Of a DNA stretch of 64,000 bases, positions 40,788 through 54,642 are shown piece after piece (positions within the stretch are counted from its first letter, which is position 1; every line of letters begins with the position of its first letter). Position numbers and translations under genes: made by a program. This stretch comes from Octopus vulgaris. Lineage: Eukaryota. Below the pieces are notes generated by a model, which was not told the DNA's origin, did not search any database, and saw only the letters and a program-made list of their open reading frames with translations. The stretch covers positions 196,478,001 to 196,542,000 of the forward strand of contig OX597814.1 in assembly GCA_951406725.2 (NCBI GenBank), in the 5' to 3' direction.

Positions 40788-41436
40788 AGTTAAAGTATAT
40801 AAGTTCCACTTTAAACAAACTGAGAATATGTAAACTTTGTTGATTTATATAAACGATTACTTAACATTCAAATAGACATCTCTGGATCATATGATACTAG
40901 CTTTTTGCCAAAAGGATTTTTTTTTTTTTTTGCTGCGTTAACATAAATAATAACATATCAAATTACCTATTTGAAAAGAAAATTAAATATAAATATAAAT
41001 ATAAAATTCTATATCGTGAAATATTATTCAAAGTAACAAAAATCAATACAGAAAGTAATGCTTAAATTTCAATAAATTTACGCTGAAGAATTTAATTCGG
41101 TTTATCTTGAAATGGCAACATTCTGTCTCCGTATCATCTGTTTGTATTTATCAGTAAAAACTATCTTACCTTTATTTCACCTGTCAATAGCTTGCGAAAT
41201 CTTATTTATTTAACAACCAATACTTTTTGCTTAAAGTAAATTAATTTTAAAAAAGCGAAAATAATTCAATTTCATTTCTATCATATATCGTTTAGAAACA
41301 GTGTCACTCGAACTCTTATCTGCAATTCCTCTGTATACATTATTCTCTCCTTTATCTCACGTTTTCCCATCTGCTTCATCAATTGATATATATATATATA
41401 TATGCATATATATACATATATACATACATACATACA

Positions 41437-41478
<42 letters not shown>

Positions 41479-41881
41479 CATACATACATTCACACACATG
41501 GATACATTCATACATACGTACATAAATACATACATGGATGCATACATGCATGCATATTGACACATATGCATGCATATACAAATACACCTATGTATACACA
41601 CATATATACACGTATGTAGATATATATAGATTATACACGCATACATACCAACATATATGTGCATGTGTGTTTATATATATATATGTATAGATGTGTGTAT
41701 AAACATATATATATATTTACATATATAAATATACATGTTTAAACATTTATATGCATATATATATACATGTATGTATGTATGCGTATATATATATATATAT
41801 ATATATATTCTTATACAGCTGCTGTTTTGGCATGTGTCGATTATATTTTTACTTTCATTCAACTGATGAAAGAAACGAACG

Positions 41882-41917
<36 letters not shown>

Positions 41918-42796
41918 AAATTATATATATATTATATATATATATATATATGTAAATTAAAAGAAAAAAAGACTGCCGATCTTTATGTACTGCTGCATTC
42001 TCCCAGATCAACAGATTGAATTATCTTCAGTTGGGCATAGAAACCCCGTGTATAATTGACACGTCCTTGGGCAATGATTGTATAAGCGAAGTGAAAGAAA
42101 TCGGAAATGAAACTAAGTCGCCATGTTGACTCACCGGGTTCATATTGTTGAACGGCGCCTCTGAGATAAGATCAAAATACTATTAAGAAGTTTTGAATAC
42201 TGCTTAAGTTATGCACAAAATAGACACCATTCTCTCTCTCTCTCTATAAGCGATAGAAGATGCTCATATGGAACTGTCGCGCGATGTGATCTGAACAGTA
42301 AGTAAACCTCCCTCAAATCACACTATCATTTGAAAATGAGAATACGCATATAATAACGTTGATTAAGAAGTTACACAAGGGATTATATAGATAATGTATC
42401 AGTTCTAGATATACTATATCTAAACGCACAAGCAGCTGGTGACAACGTCTTTGATTAGAGAGTTCGGAATAGCAGCAAAACGATAAGGGAACCAATTTCG
42501 AAGCTTAAAACATTGTAATATATAACTAAATAATACTAAAATCTTCCAAGCTGATATAGTTCACGTAGGGTGCAAAGGAACGGTAGAGAACTAGTATTGC
42601 CGTGTTCTTTTAGCAAAATACCCCTTGCACCACTTTCTCTGCAGCGAGTTTCAGACACAGTTTTCAAGTTTGCCGTCGACAATAAAGTGAATCCCTTGGT
42701 TATTGGTCTCTTAGGATCTAAAAGGTGGTCTAAGACTTAGTCATAGTAATCCAGGCGGTCGTTAACAAAGTGAATAGATATTTTAAGTTAAAACAG

Positions 42797-42874
<78 letters not shown>

Positions 42875-42914
42875 TGTGTGTGTGTGAATGTATATATATA
42901 CACACATATAAATA

Positions 42915-43146
42915 TATGTGTGTGTATATTTGCCTTTGTGCTTATCTCTACACCGCTTGATAAACGGTGTTGTCTTTTTACATTCCCGTCACTCAGCTGT
43001 TCGTCGACAACAATGTTATGATAGAATAATTAGTATACTTTAAGAAAAAAGTACTTGGGGCGATTTGTTTGCCTAAACACTTGAAGGTGGTGCCCTAGCT
43101 TGACCACAGTTTAATGACTGAAACAAAAAAAAAATAAACAGAAAAG
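42915..43146 (+). mobile_element. Diverged SINE family A 3' half
   Basis: Degenerate tail GGTGGTGCCCTAGC...ATGACTGAAAC. Confidence 0.65.
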
Positions 43147-44019
43147 ATATATTGTATTTCGGGTTTGTCAATTCTTTTTTTCTTTTGTGTCATGCCAAAC
43201 AAACACACGCACTATATATTCGTTCTTCACTCGTTTACTACAGTCCTCATTTCAACTCATATCCATTGCCCGGAAATCTTTCGCCCCACATCTGAGTCCT
43301 CTTCAGCGACACCTTCCCTCCTCGTGTTTGCTCCGGGTCCGCTTAGTCCACTGGAATCCAGATATTAGAATTCAGAAAACGTTTTAACTTGACCCTTCTA
43401 AGCCACTTGTAAGGCATATTTTGTTGCTGATATCCACAACTCTTTCTTGAATAATTCGTAGATGAAAAAGAAAATAAATAAAAGAACTGCGTAGGATGTG
43501 TAGATTCGTCTCGAGGTGCGAACTCACACCACCATATCGTATGAATGGACAAATTCTGTTTAATATAATTATTAACATTTGGCCATGTTATATCAGTACA
43601 ATCGGAATTCCGGATTTATTTGGCGTCTGAAAGAAAAAAAAGTAATAACTATAACTATATTGAAATTAGATTAAAATGGCTAATCTCTTAATAAAATTGT
43701 CAAATGTCACAATGGAGCAAAATCCGTATAAAGAAGATTCTAGCACAATGATATTTTTTTTAGACTGTTTAAAAAAAAAAACGGAAAAAGTATTCAAACG
43801 AGACGTTCCAATGAATGATGTTGATATGCTAAATTAATCCAACAACACGTTTCCTTCTGTTCAATGAGGAAGATCTAAATAAGATAGTTATTCACTATTA
43901 TTTTTATTTTATTATTGTTGTTAATACTATTGTTGTTGTACTTCTGTTTCGCACGTTCTGCGTTCAAATCCCGTCGTGATCAACATCTTTCTTGCGCTGA
44001 TAAAATTCCTAAGTCGATC

Positions 44020-45570
44020 TATTCTTTTCTACTCTAGGCACAAAGCCCGAAATTTTGGGGGAGGGCGCCACTCAATTAAATGGACCCCAGTACGCAACTG
44101 GTTCTTAATTTATCGACCCCAAAAGGATAAAAGCCAAAGTCGACCTCGGCGAAATTTACAATCAAAACGTAAAGAAAGACGAAATACTGCTAAGCATTTC
44201 GCCCAGCGTGCTAACGTTTCTTATTTCTTTATTGCCCACAAGGGGGAAAACATAGAGGGGACAAAAAGGGACAGACAAACGGATTAAGTCGATTACATCG
44301 ATCCCAGTGCGTAACTGGCACTTAATTTATCGACCCGAAAGGATGAAAGGCAAAGTCGACCTCGGCGGAATTTGAACTCAAAACGTAGCGGCAGACGAAA
44401 TACCTATTTCTTTACTACCCACAAGGGGCTAAACACAGAGAGGACAAACAAGGAGAGAAAAACGGATTAAGTCGATTAGATCGACCCCAGTGCGTAACTG
44501 ATGCTTAATTTATCGATCCCGAAAGGATGAACGGCAAAGTCGACCTCGGCGGAATTTACAATCAAAACGTAAAGAAAGACGAAATACTGCTAAGCATTTC
44601 GCCCGGCGTGCTAACATTTCTTATTTCTTTATTACCCACAAAGGACAAATCATAGAGGGGACAAAAAGGGACAGACAAACGGATTAAGTCGATTACATCG
44701 ATCCCAGTGCGTAACTGGCACTTAATTTATCGACCCGAAAGGATGAAAGGCAAAGTCGACCTCGGCGGAATTTGAACTCAAAACGTAGCGGCAGACGAAA
44801 TACCTATTTCTTTACTACCCACAAGGGGCTAAACACAGAGAGGACAAACAAGGAGAGAAAAACGGATTAAGTCGATTAGATCGACCCCAGTGCGTAACTG
44901 ATGCTTAATTTATCGATCCCGAAAGGATGAACGGCAAAGTCGACCTCGGCGGAATTTACAATCAAAACGTAAAGAAAGACGAAATACTGCTAAGCATTTC
45001 GCCCGGCGTGCTAACATTTCTTATTTCTTTATTACCCACAAAGGACAAATCATAGAGGGGACAAAAAGGGACAGACAAACGGATTAAGTCGATTACATCG
45101 ATCCCAGTGCGTAACTGGCACTTAATTTATCGACCCGAAAGGATGAAAGGCAAAGTCGACCTCGGCGGAATTTGAACTCAAAACGTAGCGGCAGACGAAA
45201 TACCTATTTCTTTACTACCCACAAGGGGCTAAACACAGAGAGGACAAACAAGGAGAGAAAAACGGATTAAGTCGATTAGATCGACCCCAGTGCGTAACTG
45301 ATGCTTAATTTATCGATCCCGAAAGGATGAACGGCAAAGTCGACCTCGGCGGAATTTGAACTCAGAACGTAACGACAGACGAAATTCTTATTTCTTTATT
45401 GCCCACAAGGGGCTAAGCATAGAGGGGGAAAACAAGGACAGACAAAGGGATTAAGTCGATTAAATCGATCCCAGTGGTAACTGGTACTTAATTTATCGAC
45501 CTCGAAAGGATGAACGGCAAAGTCGACTTCGACGGAATTTGACTCAGAACGTAGCGACAGATAAAATACC
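44020..45570 (-). repeat. SINE family B tandem array (~8 units) with an exact 400-bp higher-order repeat x3
   Basis: atcaaaacgtaaagaaagac at 44161, 44561, 44961; each 400-bp unit holds two SINE-derived monomers. Confidence 0.93.
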
Positions 45571-46840
45571 AATTTCTTTATTGCCTACCTGGGGGCCAAA
45601 CATAGAAATGGACAGAACAACTAATGGGATGAGTGAAGCGATATGATTTTACATATAATGTGACTTTAAAAATTTAAATACAATATATAAAAAAAAATCG
45701 AATGGAATTAACAATACAAAGAAAATATAAATGAAGCGATGATCAGGCCCCGCTCCGACCCCACAAGCCCCGATCTACCGCTGGTACCTTTTTTTCCGTC
45801 TATTCACACGGTTCCTTGCACGAACAACACTCGTGGAACATACTTCCATCTCTTTTGGAACGTACACTCCGACAGACATCTCTTCTCCAGCTACAGCTTC
45901 CTTTTCAAATGAAAAGAAAAAAAAATGATCGTAAATTGTGACCAGAGACAAAGTTGCCTGTCTTAATTCCTTTTATCCTAGTCTTCCATATAGCCTCTTT
46001 TGCTATTGCTACAACCGTGAGAAAACAATTCTTACCTTCGTTCGTTAGAACTCCCGGTGGGTCAATTTTTTTAAATGACTCAGTCGACAGCTGTACTCTT
46101 CTTTCGCCGGACAACAGGTGTTCAGCATAAGCCCACATTTCAGTTATCTCTGGATACTGAACAATAGTGTGAGGGACGGTTTTTCTGTCGCCCCCTCCCC
46201 GCATTTTGGACAGGTCGGTGACTGACGCTTACCGTGTCTTGCGAGCTTATCCCAAACGAGCAAGGCACCTCTGTAGCATTGCCAGGTTAAGGACTTTTGG
46301 AAGTTGTCCAACGTTCTCATCCCGAATGTACAGTGAAACAGGCTGTCCAGTTGACTAAAACCGAGACCTAGAGTCGCCCCCAGGTCAACGTCGCATTCAG
46401 ACTCTACCAACCCGTTATATAAAATCCGTATGGAACCACCACCGCTGGCGTTGCCCGAGCGTCGGAATAGCAAGAGGGCCTTACGGCAGTCTTTATGCCA
46501 CTCACTCGACCTCGGTATACGAGAACACCAGGCTTCCTGTTCGCAAACACTTTTGAACTCGGGGAACATTTGTCTGGCCAGCGGAGACCACACCCGTTCA
46601 CTATCCAGGAGAATCCAGAGGTGCCTCAAACTCAACGCATGTTTGCGCATTATTAACTAAGGTATCCCTAAACCTCCCTTTAAAGGCTTTTGACAGCAGA
46701 CAGAGCATTTCACAAGTGGCGACCTGCCCTTCCACAAAAAGCGAAAGAGGTGTCTCTCCAACCTGTTCAACCACGAATCCGGACAGGACACAACGATCAG
46801 GCGGTAGGTAATGACCGATGCGATAAACACATTGGCCACG
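45571..46840 (-). mobile_element. 5'-truncated, frameshifted Tx1/L1-type LINE
   Basis: FRFLWKG...GGLGIP; LDNFQKSLTWQCYRGAL...TCPKCG; HLKRK...FQKRW homologous to 355-915; 3'UTR ends GGCAATAAAGAAATT. Confidence 0.85.
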
Positions 46841-47779
46841 TACGAGAATCGAAATCAAGATCTTGTAATCACCAATGGTATACCCTAAATACTAGCCCAA
46901 ACGTCTCCAGTTAAACTTAGAGCCACTAGATTAATATATATTTGCAACTGGCTACAAATCAGTTTAAAATGGATCGGAACGTTTGGTCATGTGAATTATT
47001 GATAAATTCACAAGTAATAATTCCATAAAGTTATAGTCGTCAAGGACGTTAAAGTTATACAAAATTTTGTTTATTAGTGTCGTTCATTACCGAGGCATGG
47101 CTTAATTTAGTATCTTTCGGAATAAGTGATTGTGATAAAGGTTCTAATAAGAATAAGGTATTTTCAAAAGTATCACTCGTAGACGCAATACGTATTCAGC
47201 TACTCTACCATCTTCTGTTTTACATGGAAGCTGCTGGCAAGTCAGAAATAAACAAATGATTAGGTGTACAATACCAAATTCAAAAGAACACAATGACCGG
47301 CTTCCAAATCGCCGATAGTTTAGGCAAAATCGATACAATATGTTAAACGTTTTCGTCCGTTTTATTAATGGTAATACCCTTCTAGTCGCTATGTTCTCTC
47401 TTGTACAGAGACAAGAGAATCTAATTAAAACTGCAATTTCTACTCCTGACATGGTATTTATCAACATGTAATTGTGTTATCGTTGGAACTCGAGTTTTTG
47501 AATAGTTCTTAATCAACTCCATTCTTGTCAAAAATATGATCAATATATTGGCTGTTCTTTACTTTTGTAGTTCAAACGTACAGTTAATTTGGAGCTGTGC
47601 GCGTGTCCTATTCTTTTCTGTGAACTAGGAGATTGGCCTTTTTTGATCCATCAATAAATTCGAGGGCCAATGTTTTGTTATTCACACTAAATATTTGTTT
47701 CATATTATGATTTATAATTGTCCCTCGCTGTTAATTGTGAAGCTATATATCTTAATTTTGCTTTCATATTCCTATTATT

Positions 47780-48290
<511 letters not shown>

Positions 48291-48364
48291 AGCTGTATGG
48301 TGTATGCATGAACATGTATATGAAGTGGTCTCGTGCAACGCCAAGGGAAGCCCAGTATGCCGAA

Positions 48365-49012
48365 AGCTAGGCGTATCACTGTGAGAGAGGAGAGGCATTA
48401 GGCTGATAACCAAGGTGAAGATGTACCAAGTAGTTCTGTATGCCTGCGAGACTTGGACGGTTTATGAACGTTGCACCAAAGACCTGAATTGCTTGAGAGA
48501 GCCGCTGTAAATCACCTAGCATGATAAGGTCCGAAACATGTATGTCCTCTCTCGAGGAGATATGCCAAGTATTTTCCCACTGCTGGGGAGAGCGTATATC
48601 AAGTGAGCAGGCCATGTTGTTCGAATGCCTAACACGTGACTGTTTTGCGGCGTTTGGCGAAATGCAAGCGTGCGCAATGTGGGCAGAAAAGGCATTTCAA
48701 GGACAGGTACATACTCAGAGCCACACTGAATTAGTCTGAGGTCAACCCTGGCACCTAGAAAACGCAAACACAAGACCTCTCTGCCCGGTGAAGCTGCACC
48801 AACGGAAGTGCAACCTCTTACGAAGAGGACAGGATTGCAGGGCCACATAAAAAATGCGAACTACGCAAGTCCAGAGACAGCTCCTTAGCTTCGATCATAA
48901 CAAAAAACCACCACTGCTCGACCTGGTTGGCTACAGTCGGAGACTCTTCGCCGCGTCTTCTCCCATCTGATGTCCCAGGTCATCGTCGACAACGACGGAC
49001 GAACTAATAATA
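48365..49012 (+). mobile_element. RTE (BovB-like) LINE 3' remnant
   Basis: RRGIRLITKVKMYQVVLYACETWTVY; GHVVRMP; end GTCATCGTCGACAACGACGGACGAAC. Confidence 0.8.
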
Positions 49013-49796
49013 ATAAAAATAATATATATATATGTGTGTGTGTGTGTGTCTGTGTGTCTGTGCGTCTGTGTGTGCGTGTGTGTGTCTGTGTCTGCGTGTA
49101 TGTATGTGTGTGTGTGTCTGTGTGTATGTATGTATGTATGTATGCATGTGGCGAGGCTGTGCTTTGAAACATATTTATGTATGTGTGTATGTGTGTGCGC
49201 GTTTATATACATAGTTTGCAAAATTTTGTATTGATAAATATATTAGTCAATGAAATTTCCACATCGACCGACTTCGTTTTTTTATAACTGTACACTACTT
49301 TAATTTTTTACAACCTTCAGGCAAATATATAAGGAATAGTGTTCAAAGATAACTAATGGATTTCAGAATCTATAACTGTTGTGAAATGGCTGAATTGTGT
49401 CTTTAAATACGATAGGCTCCAGCAGGCTGAAACATACGAAAGCTTTTTTAGCAAATCAGCGTTCAACGTAAAGGCTAATGCTTTGGTAATGAGGTGACAC
49501 AATTGACATCCGCAAAGTTTAGTCACAGAAATGTTTTAGCCATTCACATTTATCTATAGAGGATCGTCTGGCCCTGTACATTGATATTCCTTTCAAATTC
49601 TCTCTGGCGCTAAGTATTTTTGTGACACCAAGACACAAACTAATCAGAGGAGTCTGCATTTAGACGTCACCAAAACGATGACGGCATTTCTCACAAAAGC
49701 ATATAGAGAGAAATGCAGTTACACATACATGCATTCACACAAACACACATAGAGTGACGCATGCAGTCATTCATACGCAAAGCACACAATAGAACT

Positions 49797-50180
49797 GGGA
49801 AGCACTCTGTCGGTTACGACGACGAGGGTTCCGGTTGATCCGAATCAACAGAACAGCCTGCTCGTGAAATTAACGTGTAAGTGGCTGAGCACTCCACAGA
49901 CACGTGTACCGTTAACATAGTTCTCGGGGATATTCAGCGTGACACAGAGAGTGACAAGGCCGGCCCTTTGAAATACAGGTACAACAGAAACAGGAAGTAA
50001 GAGTGAGAGAAAGTTGTGGTGAAAGAGTACAGCAGGGATCACCACCATCCCCTGCCGGAGCCTCGTGGGGCTTTAGGTGTTTTCGCTCAATAAACACTCA
50101 CAACGCCCGGTCTTGGAATCGAAACCGCGATCCTATGACCGCGAGTCCGCTGCCCTAACCACTGGGCCGTTGCACCTCCA
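49797..50180 (-). mobile_element. SINE family C, full length with a 14-bp TSD
   Basis: CACACAATAGAACT at 49783-49796 and 50181-50194; tRNA-like head GGCCCAGTGGTTAGGGCAGCGGAC...GTTTCGATTCC. Confidence 0.92.
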
Positions 50181-50465
50181 CACACAATAGAACTATGCAA
50201 ACGTAGAAACTACCTCTTCAGGTCTCTCACACACACATACATTCCAACACTTGCAGAGACGCACACCTGCCCTTGTATGATATCTTCTGTCTTTATAAAA
50301 CCTTAATTAAACTCCAAATAAGATGAGTTTGAACTCCAGCTTAATCACGATGCCTCCTCACTCTATCATTAACTGCCTCTTCATGAAAGTTCTGTTTGGT
50401 CAAGGTACCGAGAGGTCTATGTCAACTCGCGAATATAGAAACACCTAAAACAAAGATACATAAAT

Positions 50466-50600
50466 ACGGCTTTGTGGTAAGAGGTTTGCTTTCCAATCAC
50501 ATAGTTCCTGGTTCAGTCCCACTGCATGGCATCTTGACCAAGTGTCTTCTCCTATAGCCTCTGAGCCAAGAATCACTTGTGAGTGGATTTGTTAGTAGAC
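50466..50600 (+). mobile_element. SINE family A head fragment
   Basis: GTGGTAAG...GGTTCAGTCCCACTGC...CAAGTGTCTTC. Confidence 0.75.
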
Positions 50601-50808
50601 GAATCTGCGTTTGGTTTACGATTATCAACACAATGGTTAATCGGTAGTTTTCTTATACATTTGATAACTGTTCATTAGAATTAGTGGAGAAAGAATTATA
50701 TAAAAAGTATGGCCGGTGAGAGTTCAGATAAATAATAGTATTTGGAGGTAGAATAAGGCAAGTTATTATTTAATTATATAATCATATTGCCATATATAAT
50801 TATACAAT

Positions 50809-51089
50809 AATAAGTGGTTAGAGCAGCGGTCGAGGGATCGAGGGTTCGAATCTCAGACTGGGTGATGTGTGTGTTTATGAGCGAAATACCTAAGCTCCAC
50901 GTGGCTCCGGCAGAGGGTAATGGCGAACTTCTACTGACTCTTTCACCACAACTTTCTCTCACTCTTCCTTCCTGCATCTTGCAGCTAACCTGCGACGGAC
51001 CTGCGTCCCGTCCGGGTGGGGAACCCATACGCCAAGGAAACCGGGAAACCGGCCCTAATGAGACAAGCATGGCTCGAGAAGGGACACAC
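50809..51089 (+). mobile_element. SINE family C variant with a different 3' tail
   Basis: Shares head and body with 49797-50180; ATATAATTATACAAT at 50794-50808 and 51090-51104. Confidence 0.85.
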
Positions 51090-51126
51090 ATATAATTATA
51101 CAATTATAATGATATTAATCATATAG

Positions 51127-51320
51127 AGGGCATCGATTGGCAGAATCATTACCACGCCGGGCGAAATTGGTATCTCATCTGCCCTTACCTTCTGATTTCA
51201 AATTTCGCTGAGGTCGACTTTACCTTTCATATTTTCGGCGTCGATCAAGTAAGTACCAGTTATGCACTGGAGTTGATGTGATCGATTAATCCCTTTGTCC
51301 TTTGTGCAATAAAAAATAAA
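51127..51320 (+). mobile_element. SINE family B monomer (diverged)
   Basis: GGCAGAATCATTACCACGCCGGGCGAAAT...GAGGTCGACTTT. Confidence 0.75.
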
Positions 51321-51398
51321 TATAAATTATATGGGCCAGAAAAGTAATACCACAAAAGTATCGACTTTCAACGTGTGTGAACTTGGTTAATGATTGTA

Positions 51399-51648
51399 TT
51401 GGGTTGGTGAATAATTAATGTGGCTTTTTTTTTCAACAAATTTTATTCAACAAAAGGAATAACACTATTTAACAAAAACACCTTTAAATGACGGTCTGGT
51501 CGTCTGCCAAGCAAATGGGAAACAGTAATTAAAGTAGATGGTGAATGTGCTCCGGAATAATCATTTAAAGACGTTTTTGTTACATGTTATTGTTTTTGTT
51601 GAATAAAATTTGTTGAAAAAAAGCCGCAATAATTATGCACCAATCCAA
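51399..51648 (+). mobile_element. Mariner-derived MITE (250 bp, ~95-bp TIRs, TA TSD)
   Basis: TA|TTGGGTTGGTGAATAATT...AATTATGCACCAATCCAA|TA; the spacer encodes the transposase C-terminus RLPSKWETVIKVDGE. Confidence 0.88.
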
Positions 51649-52754
51649 TATATATATATTTGAATATTTGTTCGAAAATTAATCTATTTAATACGAGACT
51701 TGTTTTGGAAACCATCACATCAGCGTATCATACAATGTAAGATATAAAGAGATGCTGCGCAGTTGGATTGGATCTGAAACTATGGGGCTGCAAAGTTAGC
51801 TTCTTAACTACACGACCATGCCTGGTTTTAGGGTTATTTGGCTATTATTACTGCGAAATCGAGAAACTGCATGAAGGATCTTTCTTTGTGTCTTATATTT
51901 TACAAGTGAGCCAGACAAAAGCGTGTAAATAAATATGAACAAATACAAAGGAATCTCTCTCTCCTCACTTTCTCTCTGTATGTATATATATATATATATA
52001 TGTATGTATATATATATACATTTATACATACATACATACATACATACATACATGTATATATATATATGATATATATATATATATGCGTGTGTATGTGCGT
52101 GTGTGCGTGTGTGTGTTTGCGTATATATATATAAGCACATATGTACTTCTATATACATATATACATACATACATATATACATGTGTACATCCATATATAT
52201 ATATATTTATATATACATACATATATATATATACATCTATACATACATATATATATTCATACATACATATATACATCATATCCACACACATATATATATA
52301 TATTCATACATACATATATACATATATACATACGCGCACACACACATATATATTCTAGTTTATGTTACGTTTCGCTTTATGTTTCAATATTTTGTTATGT
52401 AACAGGTGTTGAAGTCATCTAGGATGTGTGAATTAGTGTATGACAAGAAAGAAATAAAACATCACCACCAAAGGGCAAAGGAAGATGAAACAATGTAAAG
52501 GTGTCGTAACCGCTAATCATATAAACAATATGTTCGTACAACAATATACGAGAAACACATCTGATAATTTCCCATAGTATCGGGACACTTCTTGTGTATA
52601 TATAGTTACGCACCAATATTAGTGATATCGATCGCATAGGAATAAAATTCAAGAGTTAATAATAGAATCATGAAATAAAGATCAAAGAATTTATTGAGTA
52701 ATGTACTTAAAACGACTGAAGACTGGGATCTGTTGCAGTGCTGTAGATGGATTA

Positions 52755-53305
52755 CTCTTTTACACTTTTACTTGTCATTTGACTGCGGCCATGCTGGAGC
52801 ACCCCTTTTAGTCGAGCAAATCGACCCCCAGGACTTATTCTTTGTAAGCCTAGTACTGAGAAATTACGACCGTGTTTCGTGGTCTGCTACCACAACAACT
52901 CCTTTATAGGATCCAGTTAGCGCAAGACATCATCAGGAGGAACCACGTCCGGTTTCGGCCCCTACTCCTCTAGCATTTTGACGTGGCGGGCCCCCCCACC
53001 CTTTCGAGTTAACTCAAGACATCATCAGGAGGAACCACGTCCGGTTTCGGCCCCATACTCTTCTACCCTTTCTATAGGTATCTTTTATCGAACCGCTATG
53101 TTACGTGGACGTAAACACACCGGCATCGGTTGTCAAGCGATATTGGGAGGAACAAACACAAACATATATACACACACACATAAATATGCATATACATATA
53201 TACGACGGGCTTCTTTCTGTTTCCGTCTACCAAATCCACTCACAAGGCTTTGGGACTGAACCCTGAACCATATGGCTGGTAAACAAGCTACTTACCACAC
53301 AGCCA
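52755..53305 (-). mobile_element. SINE family A interrupted by a ~212-bp insert
   Basis: SINE sequence stops at 52857 and resumes near 53070. Confidence 0.85.
52858..53069 (-). mobile_element. Insert with a 92-bp internal repeat and tandem hammerhead-like cores
   Basis: Minus strand has two CTGATGA and three GAAAC(C/A) motifs. Confidence 0.6.
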
Positions 53306-53479
53306 GTGTATATTTCGAGACCCCAACCACAGGTTAGGCAGCCTGGTTTGACTTGCAATCTAAGTCGATCCATTTATCTTGCATGTGTCATGGAAATTAC
53401 AATGTTTGATTGTAGTCTTCAATTTCAGGTTGCTACCTTCTTCTCATCTGTTATTATGCCCAAATATTCTGTCACACAT

Positions 53480-53540
<61 letters not shown>

Positions 53541-53549
53541 TATTTATGT

Positions 53550-53800
53550 ATGGGCAGTCTGGGCCAAATGCTTCTTTTGGCTGTCTCCAAACATATACTC
53601 AGCCGGTGGTCCGACATAAGATAAAGGATGGCATGTCCAAGAAAATAACAATCTTCCACTTCTCTAGGGACCAATTATGTATGTTTTTACTCCACTCTAA
53701 ACGCTTTGCAACGTTCGTTTTTTGAAAGTAGTGGTCTTCTGATTGCAGCCCTCCCGTTAAATGCGGCTTTGTGCTGCTCCCAGCATATTACTGCTGTAGT
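53550..53800 (-). pseudogene. Tc1 transposase internal fragment
   Basis: GRAAIRRPLLSK...AKRLEWSK...WSLEKWKIVIFLD...VWRQPKEAF. Confidence 0.75.
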
Positions 53801-54233
53801 ACATGTGCTGCGTGCACTCCTACAACACCGTTTTCTTTACGTGTTATAAAGGCAGAAGTAAATATGCCTTCAACTCAGTCGCGTGCCTGCGTTTCGCTTA
53901 TTTTTTATGTGTTCTACTACATAAAGATCACCAACTGCCTATTCTGATAAATTACTGACGGCACGTGCCAGATATATACACATCAACAGTCCTGTCTATG
54001 TATATACATCCACCTCTTGTTATTCAGGGTCAGAAATATGTGTTCAAACAAGCCTACGTGCATCCATATAAAGTTATTCACATAGATCTTTGTCCCTTTT
54101 ATTACCTAGAGAAAGAGATAATAACAAATTATCCGAACGAATTGCACGTTGCATACACGCTAACAAATCCATATTCACCTATTACAGAAATATCAGCCTA
54201 GCAATAAATAACATAACTAACATAACTAACATA

Positions 54234-54642
54234 GGCGCAGGAGTGGCTGTGTGGTAAGTAGCTTGCTAACCAACCACATGGTTCCGGGTTCAGTCCCACT
54301 GCGTGGCTTCTTGGGCAAGTGTCTTCTGCTATAGCCTCGGGCCGACCAATGCCTTGTGAGTGGATTTGGTAGATGGAAACTGAAAGAAGCCTGTCGTATA
54401 TATGTGTATATATGTATATTATGTGTGTGTATATGTCTGTTTGTCCCCCTAGCATTGCTTGACAACCGATGCTGGTGTGTTTACGTCCCTGTCACTTAGC
54501 GGTTCGGCAAGAGAGACCGATAGAATAAGTACTGGGCTTACAAAGAATAAGTCCCGGGGTCGATTTGCTCGACTAAAGGCGGTACTCCAGCATGACCGCA
54601 GTCAAATGACTGAAACAAATAAAAGAAAAAAGAAAAGAAAAA
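54234..54642 (+). mobile_element. SINE family A, full length, young, with TSD
   Basis: ATAACTAACATA at 54222-54233 and 54643-54654; near-identical to the 21773 copy. Confidence 0.93.

Noticed and set aside
43269-43310. Hammerhead CTGAAGA...GGGGC-GAAAGATTTC (minus strand)
   Set aside because: Stems II and III are degenerate; probably a dead relic
44020-45570. CRISPR-like array
   Set aside because: Eukaryotic SINE-derived units with no unique spacers and no cas genes
47144-47467. 107-aa minus-strand ORF in unique-looking sequence
   Set aside because: No domain or splice support
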